Positions 29,820 to 41,786 of a stretch of 64,000 bases of DNA are shown here, piece after piece. Within the stretch, counting starts at the first letter, position 1; each line of letters opens with the position of its first letter. The notes below the pieces were generated by a model. That model was not told where the DNA came from. It made no database searches and saw only the letters and a program-made list of their open reading frames with translations. Source of the DNA: the human T2T-CHM13v2.0 reference genome, Homo sapiens; NCBI RefSeq assembly GCF_009914755.1, contig NC_060948.1. One strand, written 5' to 3'. The position numbers and the translations under genes were made by a program.

Positions 29820-31335
29820 TCTCCTCCTTTTTGTTTTTGAATTAGTTGAGTAAAGGTAATTGCAGACTGTGCAGCTCTCAATTGCTATTTGGTGGTCCAG
29901 CTGATTTTACAGACAATAGACATAAAATGGAGACACAATAATATCACTCTGATAATCACAGAAAAGACATTGAGGTGCTGTTTGGAGGAGATCCAAAGCT
30001 TAAGGCTCTCTAAACCCTGCTGGAATACCACCCAAGTTTTTAAAGAGGGCTGAAATACTTGAATGTTTATTCAAATTAAGGATTTTACTTTGTAAATCAT
30101 TCATATCAAAAGTAACATTTGATGTGAAAGCCCCCTGCAAATGGGACTTTACAAGGTTTCATTGATATTCACGTTAGTTTTATTCCAAATTGGTTAAACA
30201 AATACAAGTATAGTTAAAATGAGAATGCAATTGCTGCTGCAACTACAAACTTTGTACTTGTTTTCCTAGCCACAGAACTATAGTCTTTAACATTGCTACC
30301 TCCATTTGTATCTCCGTGTTTCATTTATTTTTAAGCATCCATGCCTGGTTGGCTGCACACATCCTATTTTCTTCATATTTAGCTGTTTGAATGGAGCTGT
30401 GCATTGCTACTAAGGACACCACAACAGAAGTGATTAATGTACCTAAGGAGACTTTCACAAAAATTATCATGCCTAAGGTTCTACAAGCACTATGAGTAAG
30501 CTGAGTAAGAAAAAGATTTACAAAATGTAAACCAGAGGTGGCCACGGAAGACTCAGACAGATTTACAAGAATCCGTAATTGGGGGTTGCAACCTAGAATT
30601 ATTAGGGTGGATATGCTGCATGTTTTTATTGTGCTACAATTAAGGGAATTATACGGTTGAAAGGAATCACAAGTCAAATGGGCATCGTTTACCTTAATTT
30701 TTTTTTTGCTGCTAAAAAAATGTAAGGTTTAAAAACACAAATTGCAAATTGAGTGGTAATATTTTCTACAAAAGTAACATTAAAACTGTGTTGAGCAGAA
30801 TTACTATAATTAAATAGTGTTCCGACACAAAAGCTGCCATCCATAAAGGGGAGTGCTGCCTTCCCTATCAACTCCTGAACTGGAACTGTCTTCCTTGATA
30901 ATGTCATTGAGGAAAGGTGGTCTAAAGCCTGTTCCAAGCAAGGTCTGCTGCACATTGGGATTGAATCCCAGTGAGATGTAGTGAAGAGATGCTAAAGTTT
31001 CTTCACCAGTGTCAGTGAAGTTTATGCCATGAGGTCGGATTCTCATGGCATAATGTCCTACAAAATGTTGATATAACATAGGATTGATGAGCATGTTTTT
31101 GTGTAAAACTTTCCACTGGTAATGAGAAACAAGCTGTTTTTGTTTGATAGAAGGCACAGAGAAGGCAAATGAAGGCTTATCCTTCACATGTAAGGGTATA
31201 GTAAGAAAAGAATTTTAAAGATCTACTCCTATGAGAGACCAGTCCCTTGGAATGGCTGCCAGGAATTGCAGACCTTGTTGTAATGCACACATTGATTTAA
31301 TCTGTGCATTAGTAGCTCTGAAATCATGTAGCAAT
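29820..31335 (-). pseudogene. Betaretroviral internal remnant: RT N-terminal fragment fused to env
   Basis: Betaretroviral RT KDKPSFAFSVPSIKQKQLVSHYQWKVLHKNMLINPMLYQHFVG switches at ~31055 to env-like sequence. TM-like LGMIIFVKVSLGTLITSVVVSLVAMHSSIQTAKY...ANQAWML. Confidence 0.8.
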
Positions 31336-31339
31336 TTGC

Positions 31340-32300
31340 TGGCAAAATTGTCTCTTCTTTATATACTAAACATTTGCTGAAACTTTACACTTGTTCTCAC
31401 ACTACTTAATCATTTAAATTGCGTGTATGTATTCCAACTAAGTTTTCAAAGAGGAATGTCTTTCTTCCTGTTGGGAATAAAGATTCTGCTGTTTACCTTA
31501 CTTTTGTCTTTCACCCTCCATTGTTCTAGATTTTTCCCTGTATACTTTTAGACTGGCTGTAGTAAATACCCTGTTCATCTTCAAATCTTTCTGTTGCCTG
31601 AAAAGCTGCCAAATTTTCTGCCAAATATAGAATTGGGTTTAGGAGTAATGTGGCATCTTTCTGCATAAAATGAAACACCTCTGTTAGATTTCAGAATGTC
31701 TCTATATATCTATCAGAGTAATCAGATAACTTGACTAGATGTATATTTATTTATTTTTAATCCTGCAATAAAAAGGAAACCTGAAGTTTAGTAGTACCAT
31801 CTGGCATTTTCTGCAGGGCCTACAGTGAAGGTGGGGGTTTATTGGGTGGCACAGGGAGAGAAACTCATGATAGGAATATTGGAAAGCCCTTAAAAGAGGG
31901 GCAGGTAGGGTGTTTAAAAGTTGCATTTAAGGGCTACCTAGGGGTTTGTCTCTCTGATTTTGGGAAATTATCTTCTGTAACCTTGCTTGACAAGACTGCC
32001 AAAAGGCCAGAAAATATTTTACAATGCTTACAAAGGTCTGGGTTATCGCCTAAGGTAAAGAAAGCTTGTCCATCAGAAACTCATACTAATGGCTCTTTCA
32101 TCTGAAAAAGAGACCTGATAATTATATACTATTAAAATAAACTTTTATCTCAGAAGGCCACATCTTTTTGTCTTAGAGCTAGTGTAATTTCCATGCCTTT
32201 GTGCAGTATAATATAAGCCATATTTTTTTCTCAGAGCCTCGAAGGTAAAGAAATTCCAGTGTTTCAGAATGCACTGGAGAAAAGTGCAGACTGAAGATAG
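31340..32300 (-). pseudogene. Class I ERV gag 5' fragment (HERV-9/W/HUERS-P-like matrix region)
   Basis: Minus peptides [25 protein letters not shown] and [17 protein letters not shown] resemble the PLxCILxHW...QAFFxLxDNPDLC matrix motif. The left boundary is approximate. Confidence 0.7.
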
Positions 32301-34410
32301 TTTTACTGGCAGCAGCTGATATTTGGTTAATGCCATCAACTGTGTGGTACTGTGTTGGGTTACTACTGCCTCTACAGTTGACTGAATGTTCCTAATATAC
32401 AGAGTTAAAAGGCAAGGGAGGATGAGGCAGATGCCAAGAATAAACAAAAACCCACCAATGAGGGTTTTGAATTCCCCAAAGGTTGAGAACCATTTTCCAA
32501 ACAAGGAATCCGGGAACCATCTGGACAAAGTCCGAACTGGAACATGGGCCAACTTGTGCATTTTAGCTGTGGATTTTATGACAGCTTGGCCATTATTATC
32601 AATTTCTAGGCAACAGTTGGTTAAATTAAATGTTTACATACTTTCTTTGAGGCTAAGAGATAAGCTAATTTATTTTGATATATAGCATTTTTTTGTGTTG
32701 CTTGTATTGTCAATAAATTTAGTGCCCTTGACGTTTCATTGGTTATAATTTCTAGGACTGCCTGTAACCTTATGATGTGGTTGAGCATATAGATTTTGGT
32801 ACGATACCCCCATGACCCATCTTGCACCCAAGTAGCTGGCCCATAATATTTAATGATTTTTTCAGGAGGCCATTTATTATCTTTGTAGTCTTCTGTGTTT
32901 ACACTTTTTCACATTTGTGTTTAGTTTTGTGATTATGTATTTTTTTAGTTTCTTTAACTTTTACTATAAACTGGATACCCTAAGAGTTCCCCTTGCTTTA
33001 GAGGAATTAAAAAGAGGGATGGCTTGATTGTTTCTAACACACATGCCCCTGTCCATTTAGCCAGCAGTTGCCGATATGCCCATGCTCCACAGACCCAATA
33101 TAGGCCAGAGGGTGCTTTCCAAGCATTTGGAGTCTTTAGCTGATGCCAAGAGTGGCTTAGGGTAGAGAATCAAGAGAAAGCATTTGGATCTGGTAAGTAG
33201 GAGTCGTTCTGGGCATTTCTCCCTAGAGTTCTGTTTTTAGTCTTATCATAATACTGTTGTCCTAGGCAGGTTGTTTTTCCTGCTGCCTCTGTGAAAAGCC
33301 TTTCCCCATTAGGCGATACAGTACTTTCCAATTATGGAGGTTTTTAACAACCAAACACTGGCTAAGGCTGTGGGTTCACTGGCATGGTTAGGTGAAGTGA
33401 AGTTACTTGTGGCATCAATTTCTTAGCCTCCCATAGCAACTGGTCCCCCATATCAGTTTTTTGACATGCGTAGCATGAGGAAATTCCTAAGCTGCCAGCT
33501 ATGTTTTTACTTAGTTGAGTAAATAAGTTTTTGGTTGATGAAGGAAACTCAGTCACTGACTGATCAAAATGCTTACAGAATGACTTATAAACCCGGAATT
33601 TCAGGGTTGGATGCATTTGAGTCCTTCTATTCTTTTTGGCAATTAGTAGTAGAACTCCAAGGTCTGCTCCTTGTCTATTAACCCATAATAGTGTCATCTG
33701 TCCTGTAGACCAAAAAGATAGCTCTGGCTTTAGGAAAGTAAAATTTAAAGGAGTACATGTCCTTGTCTTAGAATTTGGTTTGGTTGGCATACTACTTAGC
33801 AGAAGAGTCCTTCCTGAATATAAGTGTTGGAGCTGTGTTAGCATAGAACACTGAATATTACAGTCTGGGCATCCGATTTGTGTTTTTTCATACAGATGTT
33901 TAGGTCTGCTTCTGCTAAGCCTCTTTTGTGTTAAACCATTGCAGACAGCTTCTGTTTTTTTTAGGATTAGGAACATATGCAGCATGGCAGGAATTAAAGT
34001 ACAAGGAAATAGGCCCCTTATAGGAGGGTGAGGTTTCTTTTGTTTGAGCTATAAGTTTTTTTTTCTTTTCTGATTTAATATGTACCTCAAACCAGAATTC
34101 ACAGGGTAAGGGCTCAGGGTCATAAGATACATACAGCTGATTATTTCCTCAGTCATAGACTGAACAGGTGGTCTGGTTGTATGTGCATGTCCCTAACTTG
34201 GTTTCTGTACATTCATAGTAGGTATGGTACAGTAGAGTTTTAACTATGGTATTTTTTACCGAGGTAGTGTGTACACAGTGTGGGCATCCCTCTAAAGATT
34301 TTTCCCCTTCTAGCATAGGCAGAAATGATAGCAACATCAGTGTATGTATTAGAAACATGCTTACACTACACGTGGGCATGGGAAACCTTCCTCTGGGCAT
34401 AGACATTTGC
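32301..34410 (-). pseudogene. ERV3-like env (disrupted) of the HERV15/RRHERV-I-like provirus
   Basis: [11 protein letters not shown]...[11 protein letters not shown]...[10 protein letters not shown] and [27 protein letters not shown] resemble ERV3-1 Env. TM anchor [22 protein letters not shown]. Several frameshifts and stops. Confidence 0.88.
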
Positions 34411-34499
34411 AGCATTTGCAGTAATAACAAAGCAACAGAAAAATCAGTATTAACATAATTATAATGAGGGTTATAAATTGTGTTCATATTTACTTATTC

Positions 34500-37120
34500 A
34501 GAGATGGCCCTCTTAGCTTTGGCCGTGTGTGGACTACTCAACTTCCAGGATGGCTAGCCTGCTGTCAGACAACAGCCACCATCCACCTTTAATATATATA
34601 TATATATATATTGTTTTTCTGACAAAACCAAGTTTTTTACTGAAGAGTAATTGGGTAGCTCCAGCCAAGGGGGCTCTATAAGGAGAGGAATTGCTAAAGT
34701 TTTTTCTTCAGGTAAAGCCTTGATCATTGCTGCCTGCCTAGCCTCTCGGTCTGCCTTTCTATTGCCCTGTGTCTCAGCTTTTCCCAATTTGGTGTCCTTT
34801 GCAATGAATGACAGCCACTTTCTCTGGAGCCTATATGGCTTTTAATAATTGTAAATTTTTTTCTTTGGCCTTTAGTAGTCAAAACTCCTCTATCTTTGTA
34901 TACTGCCCCATGGGTGTGCAGGATTGTAAAAGTATATCTTGAATCAGTATATATGTTTCTTTTTTTTTCAGTATATATGTTTACTTTTTTTCTTGGCCAA
35001 TAATGGTGCTCTGGTTAATGCTATTAATTTAGCCTTCTGAGCAGAAGTCCCAGAAGGTAAGGCCTGAGCCTGGACCACCGAGTGTTGGATCAGTACTGTA
35101 TACCCTGCATATTGTACCCCATCTCTTATGAAACTGCTACCATCAGTGAAGTATTTAACATCTGAGCTCTCCAAGGGGATATATCTGAGATCTTCCTGGC
35201 TCTAGAAGACTTTGTCCACCGTATTTATGCAACAGTGGGGAAGTTCCTGCCAGCAGTGAGGCAACCCACTGTCCTTTCAATCCCGTTTCTCCACAGGCAG
35301 CAGGGTAGCTGGATTTAAGGTATTTACAGTCTCTAGTGTTATCTGGGTATTTTCATACAGAAGCCCTTGATACTTTAGCATTTTAGAATTGGACAGTCAA
35401 TGATGTCCTCTTTGCTCCATTAAGGTGATTACAGCATGTGAGTCCTGAACTATTAACTTTTGACCTAGGGCTAGCTTGTTGGCATCTTCTATAAGGATTG
35501 CAGTAGCTGCCAACGCCCTGAAGCAGTGGGGCCAACCTAAGGCCACCAAGTCCAGTCTTTTGGGTAAGTATGCTACCAGCTGATGCCAAGAACCCAACAA
35601 TTGAGCTAAGAGTCCGACTGTCATTCCCTTTTGTTTATCCACATACAAAAGGAAGGGCTTTTTTACATCTGGCAACCCTAGCACCGGAGTTTGGATGAGA
35701 GCTTCCTTTATACCTTTCAAGGCCCTTTCTTGTTTCTTTTTCCATAGGAGGGGCCCTCTTTTTCTTTTTCTTTGGTAGTCTCATATAAGGGCCTTGCTGT
35801 AAGGGAGAAGTTTGGAATCCAGGTTCGGCAGAATCCCGCTACACCTAGAAATTTCCTGAGCTGCTGCCTTGTAACTGGGGTGGGCAATGCACGCACAGCC
35901 TCCTTGCATGCACTTTTAAGTCTGCGCTGGCCTTGGGATACCATGAATTCTAGATATTCAACCTCCAAAATCAGACTTTTGCCTTGTCCTTGGACACTTA
36001 GTAACCAGCTTCACAAAGCAGGTGAAGAAGGCTCTCTGTTCCTTAGAGGTATTTCTCCCTCGTGGGGGCAGCGAAGAGCAAATCATCAATGTGTTGTAAT
36101 AGCACACAATTGTCACTAGGTGGCGCAAAAGCCTCAAGGTCGGAAGCCAAAGCCTCGTCGAAAATAGTGGGAGAATTCTTAAACCCTTGCGGCAGCCTTG
36201 TCCAGGTATACTGCGATTGTCTCCACTAGAAGGCAAATATAGGCTGATTTTGGGGAGCAAGTCTCAAGCAAAAGAAAGCATGCCTTAAGTCCAGACACGT
36301 GAACCAGGCGGCGTCAGCAGGAATCTGTCCCAGCATTGTGTATGGGTTGGGTACTATGGCATGGATAGTGACAGTGGCCTTGTTTACCTCCTGGAGGTCC
36401 TGCAGTGGCCTGTATTCACCATTTGGCTTGCGCACAGACAACAGAGGAGTATTCCAGGAAGACTTTCATTTTATTATAATCCCATGTTTATAGGGCCGAT
36501 TTAAATGTTTCGTTATGTCATCAATTGCCTCTCTGGGTGGGGGGTGTTGACGGACTAGTACCGGGGCAGCATGAGATTTAAGCTTTATTATCACTGGGGG
36601 TCTGTTTGCAACAAGTCCAGGGGGGTTGTCCTCAGCGCATACACCTGGTACCTCGAAAAGCATTCCCCACGTATTGTGTAGGTCAGGCTCTGGCAGCCTC
36701 CTGGTACACAGTTTATAGAGCCGCCATTCCTCAGTTTTTGGGACAGTTAGAGTCAATACCATTGCCTTTGGCTTCCCTATCTCCAGGGTCATATCCCCTT
36801 TAGGTGTAAAGGAAACCTGTGCCTGCAGTTTCTGGAGGAAGTCTCTTTCCAATAAGGGCACTGGACATTTTGGCATGTATAGAAAGTCATGCTGAATTCT
36901 TGTCCCCCAATAACACATCTCTTGAATTTGTAGAGAGGTCTCCTGTCTTTGGCCCCAGTAGCCCGTATGACAGTAGGACAGTTTTTTGTGGGGCAGTTAA
37001 TTGGATGAGTTACCACAGAGAAATCAGCACCAGTATTGACCAAAAAATTCATTAATCGGCCCTGTACTTCCATGGAGAATATAGGCTCCCTGGGGCCTAA
37101 AAGGATGAAGCCTGGTCTGT
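34500..37120 (-). pseudogene. pro-pol (protease, RT, RNase H; integrase largely deleted)
   Basis: Protease [40 protein letters not shown] and LQHIDDLL, RNase H YFTDGSSFIRDG. Only ~250 bp separate the RNase H end from env. Confidence 0.9.
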
Positions 37121-38830
37121 CTTAGTCTTCTAAATTTTTGGCCCCCACTAAGCTGATCAGATCAAGATCTGCCTTTGAAGCACCACGACTAGCAACCGAA
37201 AGTTGCACTCGGGTGTTAGACAATTGACCGTCATCTTCATTTTTTTTTTTTTAATCGGGGCACTCATTTTTCCAGTGGCCCATTTGCCTGTATCTTGCAC
37301 ATTGGTTCCTGTCCAACCGGGACTGGCTTTCCTCTCCCGGTCTTGTCTGCCCTCTTCCTTGGCCTCTGCCTCAGCTATACCCTCTAGCAAATCCAGGGTT
37401 AATTTCTGTTAGTGCAGTAGCTATAAATTGAGCTGTCTTTTGGTTTTTATTTTTATTTATTTTTTCTTTCTTTCTGCCTCTTCTTTCTGGTTTACATATA
37501 TTTTGTTTGCTGTTTTCAGGAGTTTACTAATATTTTTTCCTGCAAAGCTTTCCAGCTTCTGAAACTTTTGATTTATGACTCCCTGAGCTTGCCCGATAAA
37601 GGTCATATTTATCATAATTTGGTTTTTAGGAGCCTCCAGAATAACTGGAGTGTACAGTCTATATGCCTCCCAAAGCCTTTTATGGAATGCACTTGGGCTT
37701 TTCTCAGAATTTTGGCTCACTTCTGATATTTTACTTGTATTTATTTCCTTCCTTTCTCCTGCTTTATCCCATTTAGGAGTGCCTTTCTATATAGCGGCAG
37801 CCATTCCATGTTCCTTGCCTCATTTGGTTCCCAGTTAGGGTTCTCATTTGGGTATCACTCCACGGTGAACTGGTGAGGGTTAGGGGTGGTCTCTGGGGCT
37901 CCCCTTCTAAACAGATCAGAGCTGCCGGATTAACTCTTTTATGCTCCTCTGTATTAAATGAAGTTAGCAAAAGTTATTCACAATCTGGCCAGGTCAGGTT
38001 ATGCGTGTTAATAACAGAATTTACCAAATCAATAAGAGCCTGAGACTTTTCTGTATAGGAGGGGGTGGGCTGTTTCCAATTTAAGAGATCAGTAGTGGAG
38101 AAAGGCTGATAAACATAAAGCCTAGGGCCACCTTGTATCTGCCTCTGGTCATCATAAACTTGTGTCCTGGTTTCTCAAAGTGGCATCTGCAAATCCCAGG
38201 GTCGGCCTGAGTGGAGATGCCCAGCTGCCTCACCCAGTCCATTTTTTGGTTGTTTTTCTCTAACAGGGGTTTCTGTTCCTCTGGGTGTGGGGACACTGAG
38301 CCTCACTTTTCTCTGAGCCTGACTCTCCGGATGATCCTGACTCTGCCTCCTGCTTTATTCTGACCAAAGATGAGTAGACTGGCACATATGGGGCAGACAT
38401 TCCCTTTCATCAGGTGGAACCTGAAGAACTGGTTTTGGCTAAGGCTTCAAGGATTCCCTTTCCAGGGAGATGCTAGGGGCTTTAGTTTCCTCTGCTTCCT
38501 TTGGTTGGGCTGCTCGAGCCACTAATGCCTTGCAATATCCCTCTAGGCAAGGCTGCAGCCACTTGGGGTGAGTTTGTGCCACATTGAGCCAAGAGTATAT
38601 ACAGAAACTGGTCTGGGTATCCTGGTTGTCCTTCAACTCCAGTGACCACCTTAAACATGCAGTCAATTCATACCCTGTCTATTGTACCTTCAGAGGGCCA
38701 GCCCTCATTGAAAGCAGGCCAGGCTATCTCACAGTATGTTCTTAAATTTTGAGCATCCAGTTTTATGCTATAATCACCTCTAAATCCTTTTGAAAATTCT
38801 TTATTGTGCACTCCAATGGAGTTCATTTAT
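37121..38830 (-). pseudogene. gag (disrupted) of the HERV15/RRHERV-I-like provirus
   Basis: Major homology region QNSEKSPSAFHKRLWEAYRLYTP, degenerate zinc knuckle QCARYRQMGHWKNECP, and matrix-like LRTYCEIAWPAFNEGWPSEGT. Confidence 0.85.
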
Positions 38831-39765
38831 ACACTTTTCCTTTCATTTTCTCCCTTGTGGTGCACTTTCACTTTTACTTTTACTCTCAGGTTCACCATAC
38901 CGGGTCCTATTACAGGAGTTTTGGACACTGCTTAGCCAGGAACATGCCTTCACCTCTTACAGCCTGCTGCAGCCATGGAGCTGGTCCTATCAGTCATACA
39001 GAATGTTCTGGTTCTGATTTTCCCCACAATTGCCTCAGAGAACACAGCCCACACTAAGGGCTCTGTGCCTCCCCCACGTCACTCCCCACATTGGCCTCTT
39101 CCAAGACCATTTCTTTCACCCACTTTTACACACCTCCCCCACCCAAGGACTCCTCATTGGATGAAATGAGCCTCTCTCATGTCCCAGGTGAAACTAATTA
39201 GGCTTCCACATTCACACACATACACACACCACTCCTACCCTAGGACTCCTCATGGGACAAAATGAGCCTCTCTTGTGTCCCGGTTAGGTCCACACACACC
39301 CACTCCCAGTTGGGGTTGCAAGCCACTCTTGCCACCCTGCCAGCAAACTCTTCCTTGCTGCACTTGCCTCTCTATCAGCCCTTTTTCTCCACCAGTGAAC
39401 CACTTTTACTCTGTTAGGGGAATATGAGGTTCATCCAAATTGGCAGGCCACTCCTACCACACCCAGCCACTCTGGGTTGGATTAGTGGTCAGTCACTGGG
39501 AGGTGATCAAGCTCCATTTCCTCCCTATGGGAGGGGCTTTCCTGCCTTGGGCAGTTTCTCCTTACCACAGTTCCTGAAGTGCTAGTATTGTCCTGCAGCT
39601 TTTTCTGCAGTTTCTTTGCACTACTGGGTAGGCTGCCAGGATGCAGGGAGAGCTGGTCTCTGTCTGGGTGAAGCACCTCCATGGTGCACCTTGCATGCTG
39701 GGTCTCCCCCAGCCCTGGGGCTCTAGTCCCACAGGCAAAGGAGACAGTAAATCTGTCATCTCCAA

Positions 39766-39783
39766 TCCCTGTATGGGCCACCA
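39766..39783 (-). promoter_or_regulatory. Primer-binding site for tRNA-Ile
   Basis: Minus tggtggcccatacaggga versus the tRNA-Ile(AAT) 3' complement tggtggcccgtacgggga (two CpG-type mismatches), 4 nt after the LTR. Confidence 0.85.
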
Positions 39784-39787
39784 GAAA

Positions 39788-39864
39788 TGTTTCAGGATAA
39801 TTTAGGAATCAGAGAGACTAAGGGGTTGAGAAGGATTTATTATTATTATTTATTATTATTATTA

Positions 39865-39900
<36 letters not shown>

Positions 39901-40327
39901 TAGGTGCACTGGCCCAGTCAGATTAACATTCAAAAATGACTGAGCCCCCAAACAAGGAGTCAAGTTACCTTTTAAGCATTTCATAAGGCTGGGGGAGATC
40001 TGTGTGGGGGAACATATTACAGAAGTGAGAAACAAAGACAGTTATTCAGTTGAGACTTGTGTTACACCATTTGTTCCTTTTCAAGAAAAAACATGTTTTA
40101 CAACTGGAGTTTATCTGTCTAGTGACCTTGCAGCTGCACAGCTAGAGAAACAGGTCTTCACAATGACTGGGAAAGGGAGAAATAAGGCTCACTAGCCAGA
40201 CAGAAAAACAGGCAGTTAATTCTTAAAGTACTCCACCTCTTTCTGTTTCTCAGGGGGAATTGAGTCTTCTTACATACAAGTGAGTTTTTGCTTATACATT
40301 CTTTAATTTATTTTAATTCTTGTCACA
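39788..40327 (-). mobile_element. 5' LTR (LTR15-like)
   Basis: tg...ca termini. Minus start tgtgacaagaattaaaaataaattaaagaatgtataagcaaaaactc, followed by the PBS. Contains a (TTA)n expansion at ~39837-39901. Confidence 0.8.
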
Positions 40328-41596
40328 TTGGTTCTTTGAAAGGACAAATAAAATTGAGAGACCGTTAGCAAGATTAACCAAGACAAGAAGAGAAAAAAAT
40401 CCAAATAACCTCACTAAGAAATGAAACAGGGGATATTACAAGTGACACCACTGAAATAATAAAGATCATTCATGGGTACTATGAACACCTTAAGGCACAT
40501 AAACTAGAAAATCTAGAAGAGATGGATAAATTCCTGGAAAAATACAAATGTCCTAGCTTAAATCAGGAAGAATTATATGCCTAAACAGACCAATAGCAAG
40601 TAGCAAGATTGAAATGGTAATTTAAAAATTACCAAAAAAAAAAAAAAAAATCCAAGGACCAGACAGATTCACAGCAGAATTCTACCAGACATTCAAAGAA
40701 GAATTGATACCAATCCTTTCACACTATTCTACAAGATAGAGAAAGAAGGAACACTCCCTAATTCATTCTATGAACACGGCATCACCCCAATACTAAAACC
40801 ATGAAAGGACATAACCAAAAAAGAAAACTACAGACCAATATCCTTGAGGAACACAGATGCCAAAATCCTTAACAAAATACTGGCTAACCGAATCCAACAA
40901 TGTGTCAAAAAGATAATCCACCATAATCAAATGGGTTTCATACCAGGGAAACAGGAATGGTTTAACATATGCATGTCAGTAAACGTGATACACCACATGA
41001 ACAGAATTAAAGACAAAACTCACATGAACATATCAACAGATGCATCAACAAAATAGGCATACAAGGGACATATATTAATGTAATAAAAGCCATCTATGAC
41101 TAACCCACAGCCAACATAATACTGAATGGGGAAAAGGTGAAAGCATTCCCTCTGAGAACTGGAACAAGATGAGGATGCCCACTCTCACCACTCCTCTTCA
41201 AAATAGTATGGGAAGTCCTAGCCAGAGCAATCAGAAAAAAGAAGGAGAGGAAATCTAAATCGGTAAAGAGGAAGTCAAACTGTCACTAGTTGCTGATGAT
41301 ATGATCTTTCACCTTGAAAACCCTATGGACTCCCCTAGAAAGCTCCTAGAACTGATAAAAGAATTCAGGAAAGTTTCCAGATACAAGATTAATATACACA
41401 AATCAGTAGCTCTTCTCTACACCAACAGCTACCAAGCAGAGAATCACATCAAGAACTCTACCCCTTTCACAATAGCTGCAAAAAAACAAACAAAAACAAA
41501 AACAAACAAACAAAAACTTAGGAATATATCTAGCAAAGGAATTGAAAGACCTCTACAATGAAAATTGCAAAACACTGCTGAAAGAAATCATAGATG

Positions 41597-41786
41597 TAGC
41601 CAAGTATGGTGCCGCACACCTGTAATCAGCTACTCAGGAGAGTGAGGCAGGAGAATCGCTTGAACGCAGAAGGCAGAGGTTGTGGTGAGCCAAGATCATG
41701 CCATTGCACTCCCATCTTGGCGACAAGAGTGAAACTCCCTCAGAACAAACAAAAACAAAAACAAAAAAACACACACACAACAAAGA
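41597..41786 (+). mobile_element. 5'-truncated Alu (right arm only) with 16-bp TSD
   Basis: TSD aaagaaatcatagatg at 41581-41596 and 41787-41802. Confidence 0.88.

Noticed and set aside
33362-33985. 207-aa ORF, the longest in the window, as a possible domesticated Env
   Set aside because: An internal SU fragment separated from the signal peptide and TM by frameshifts and stops. The immunosuppressive domain also has a deletion.
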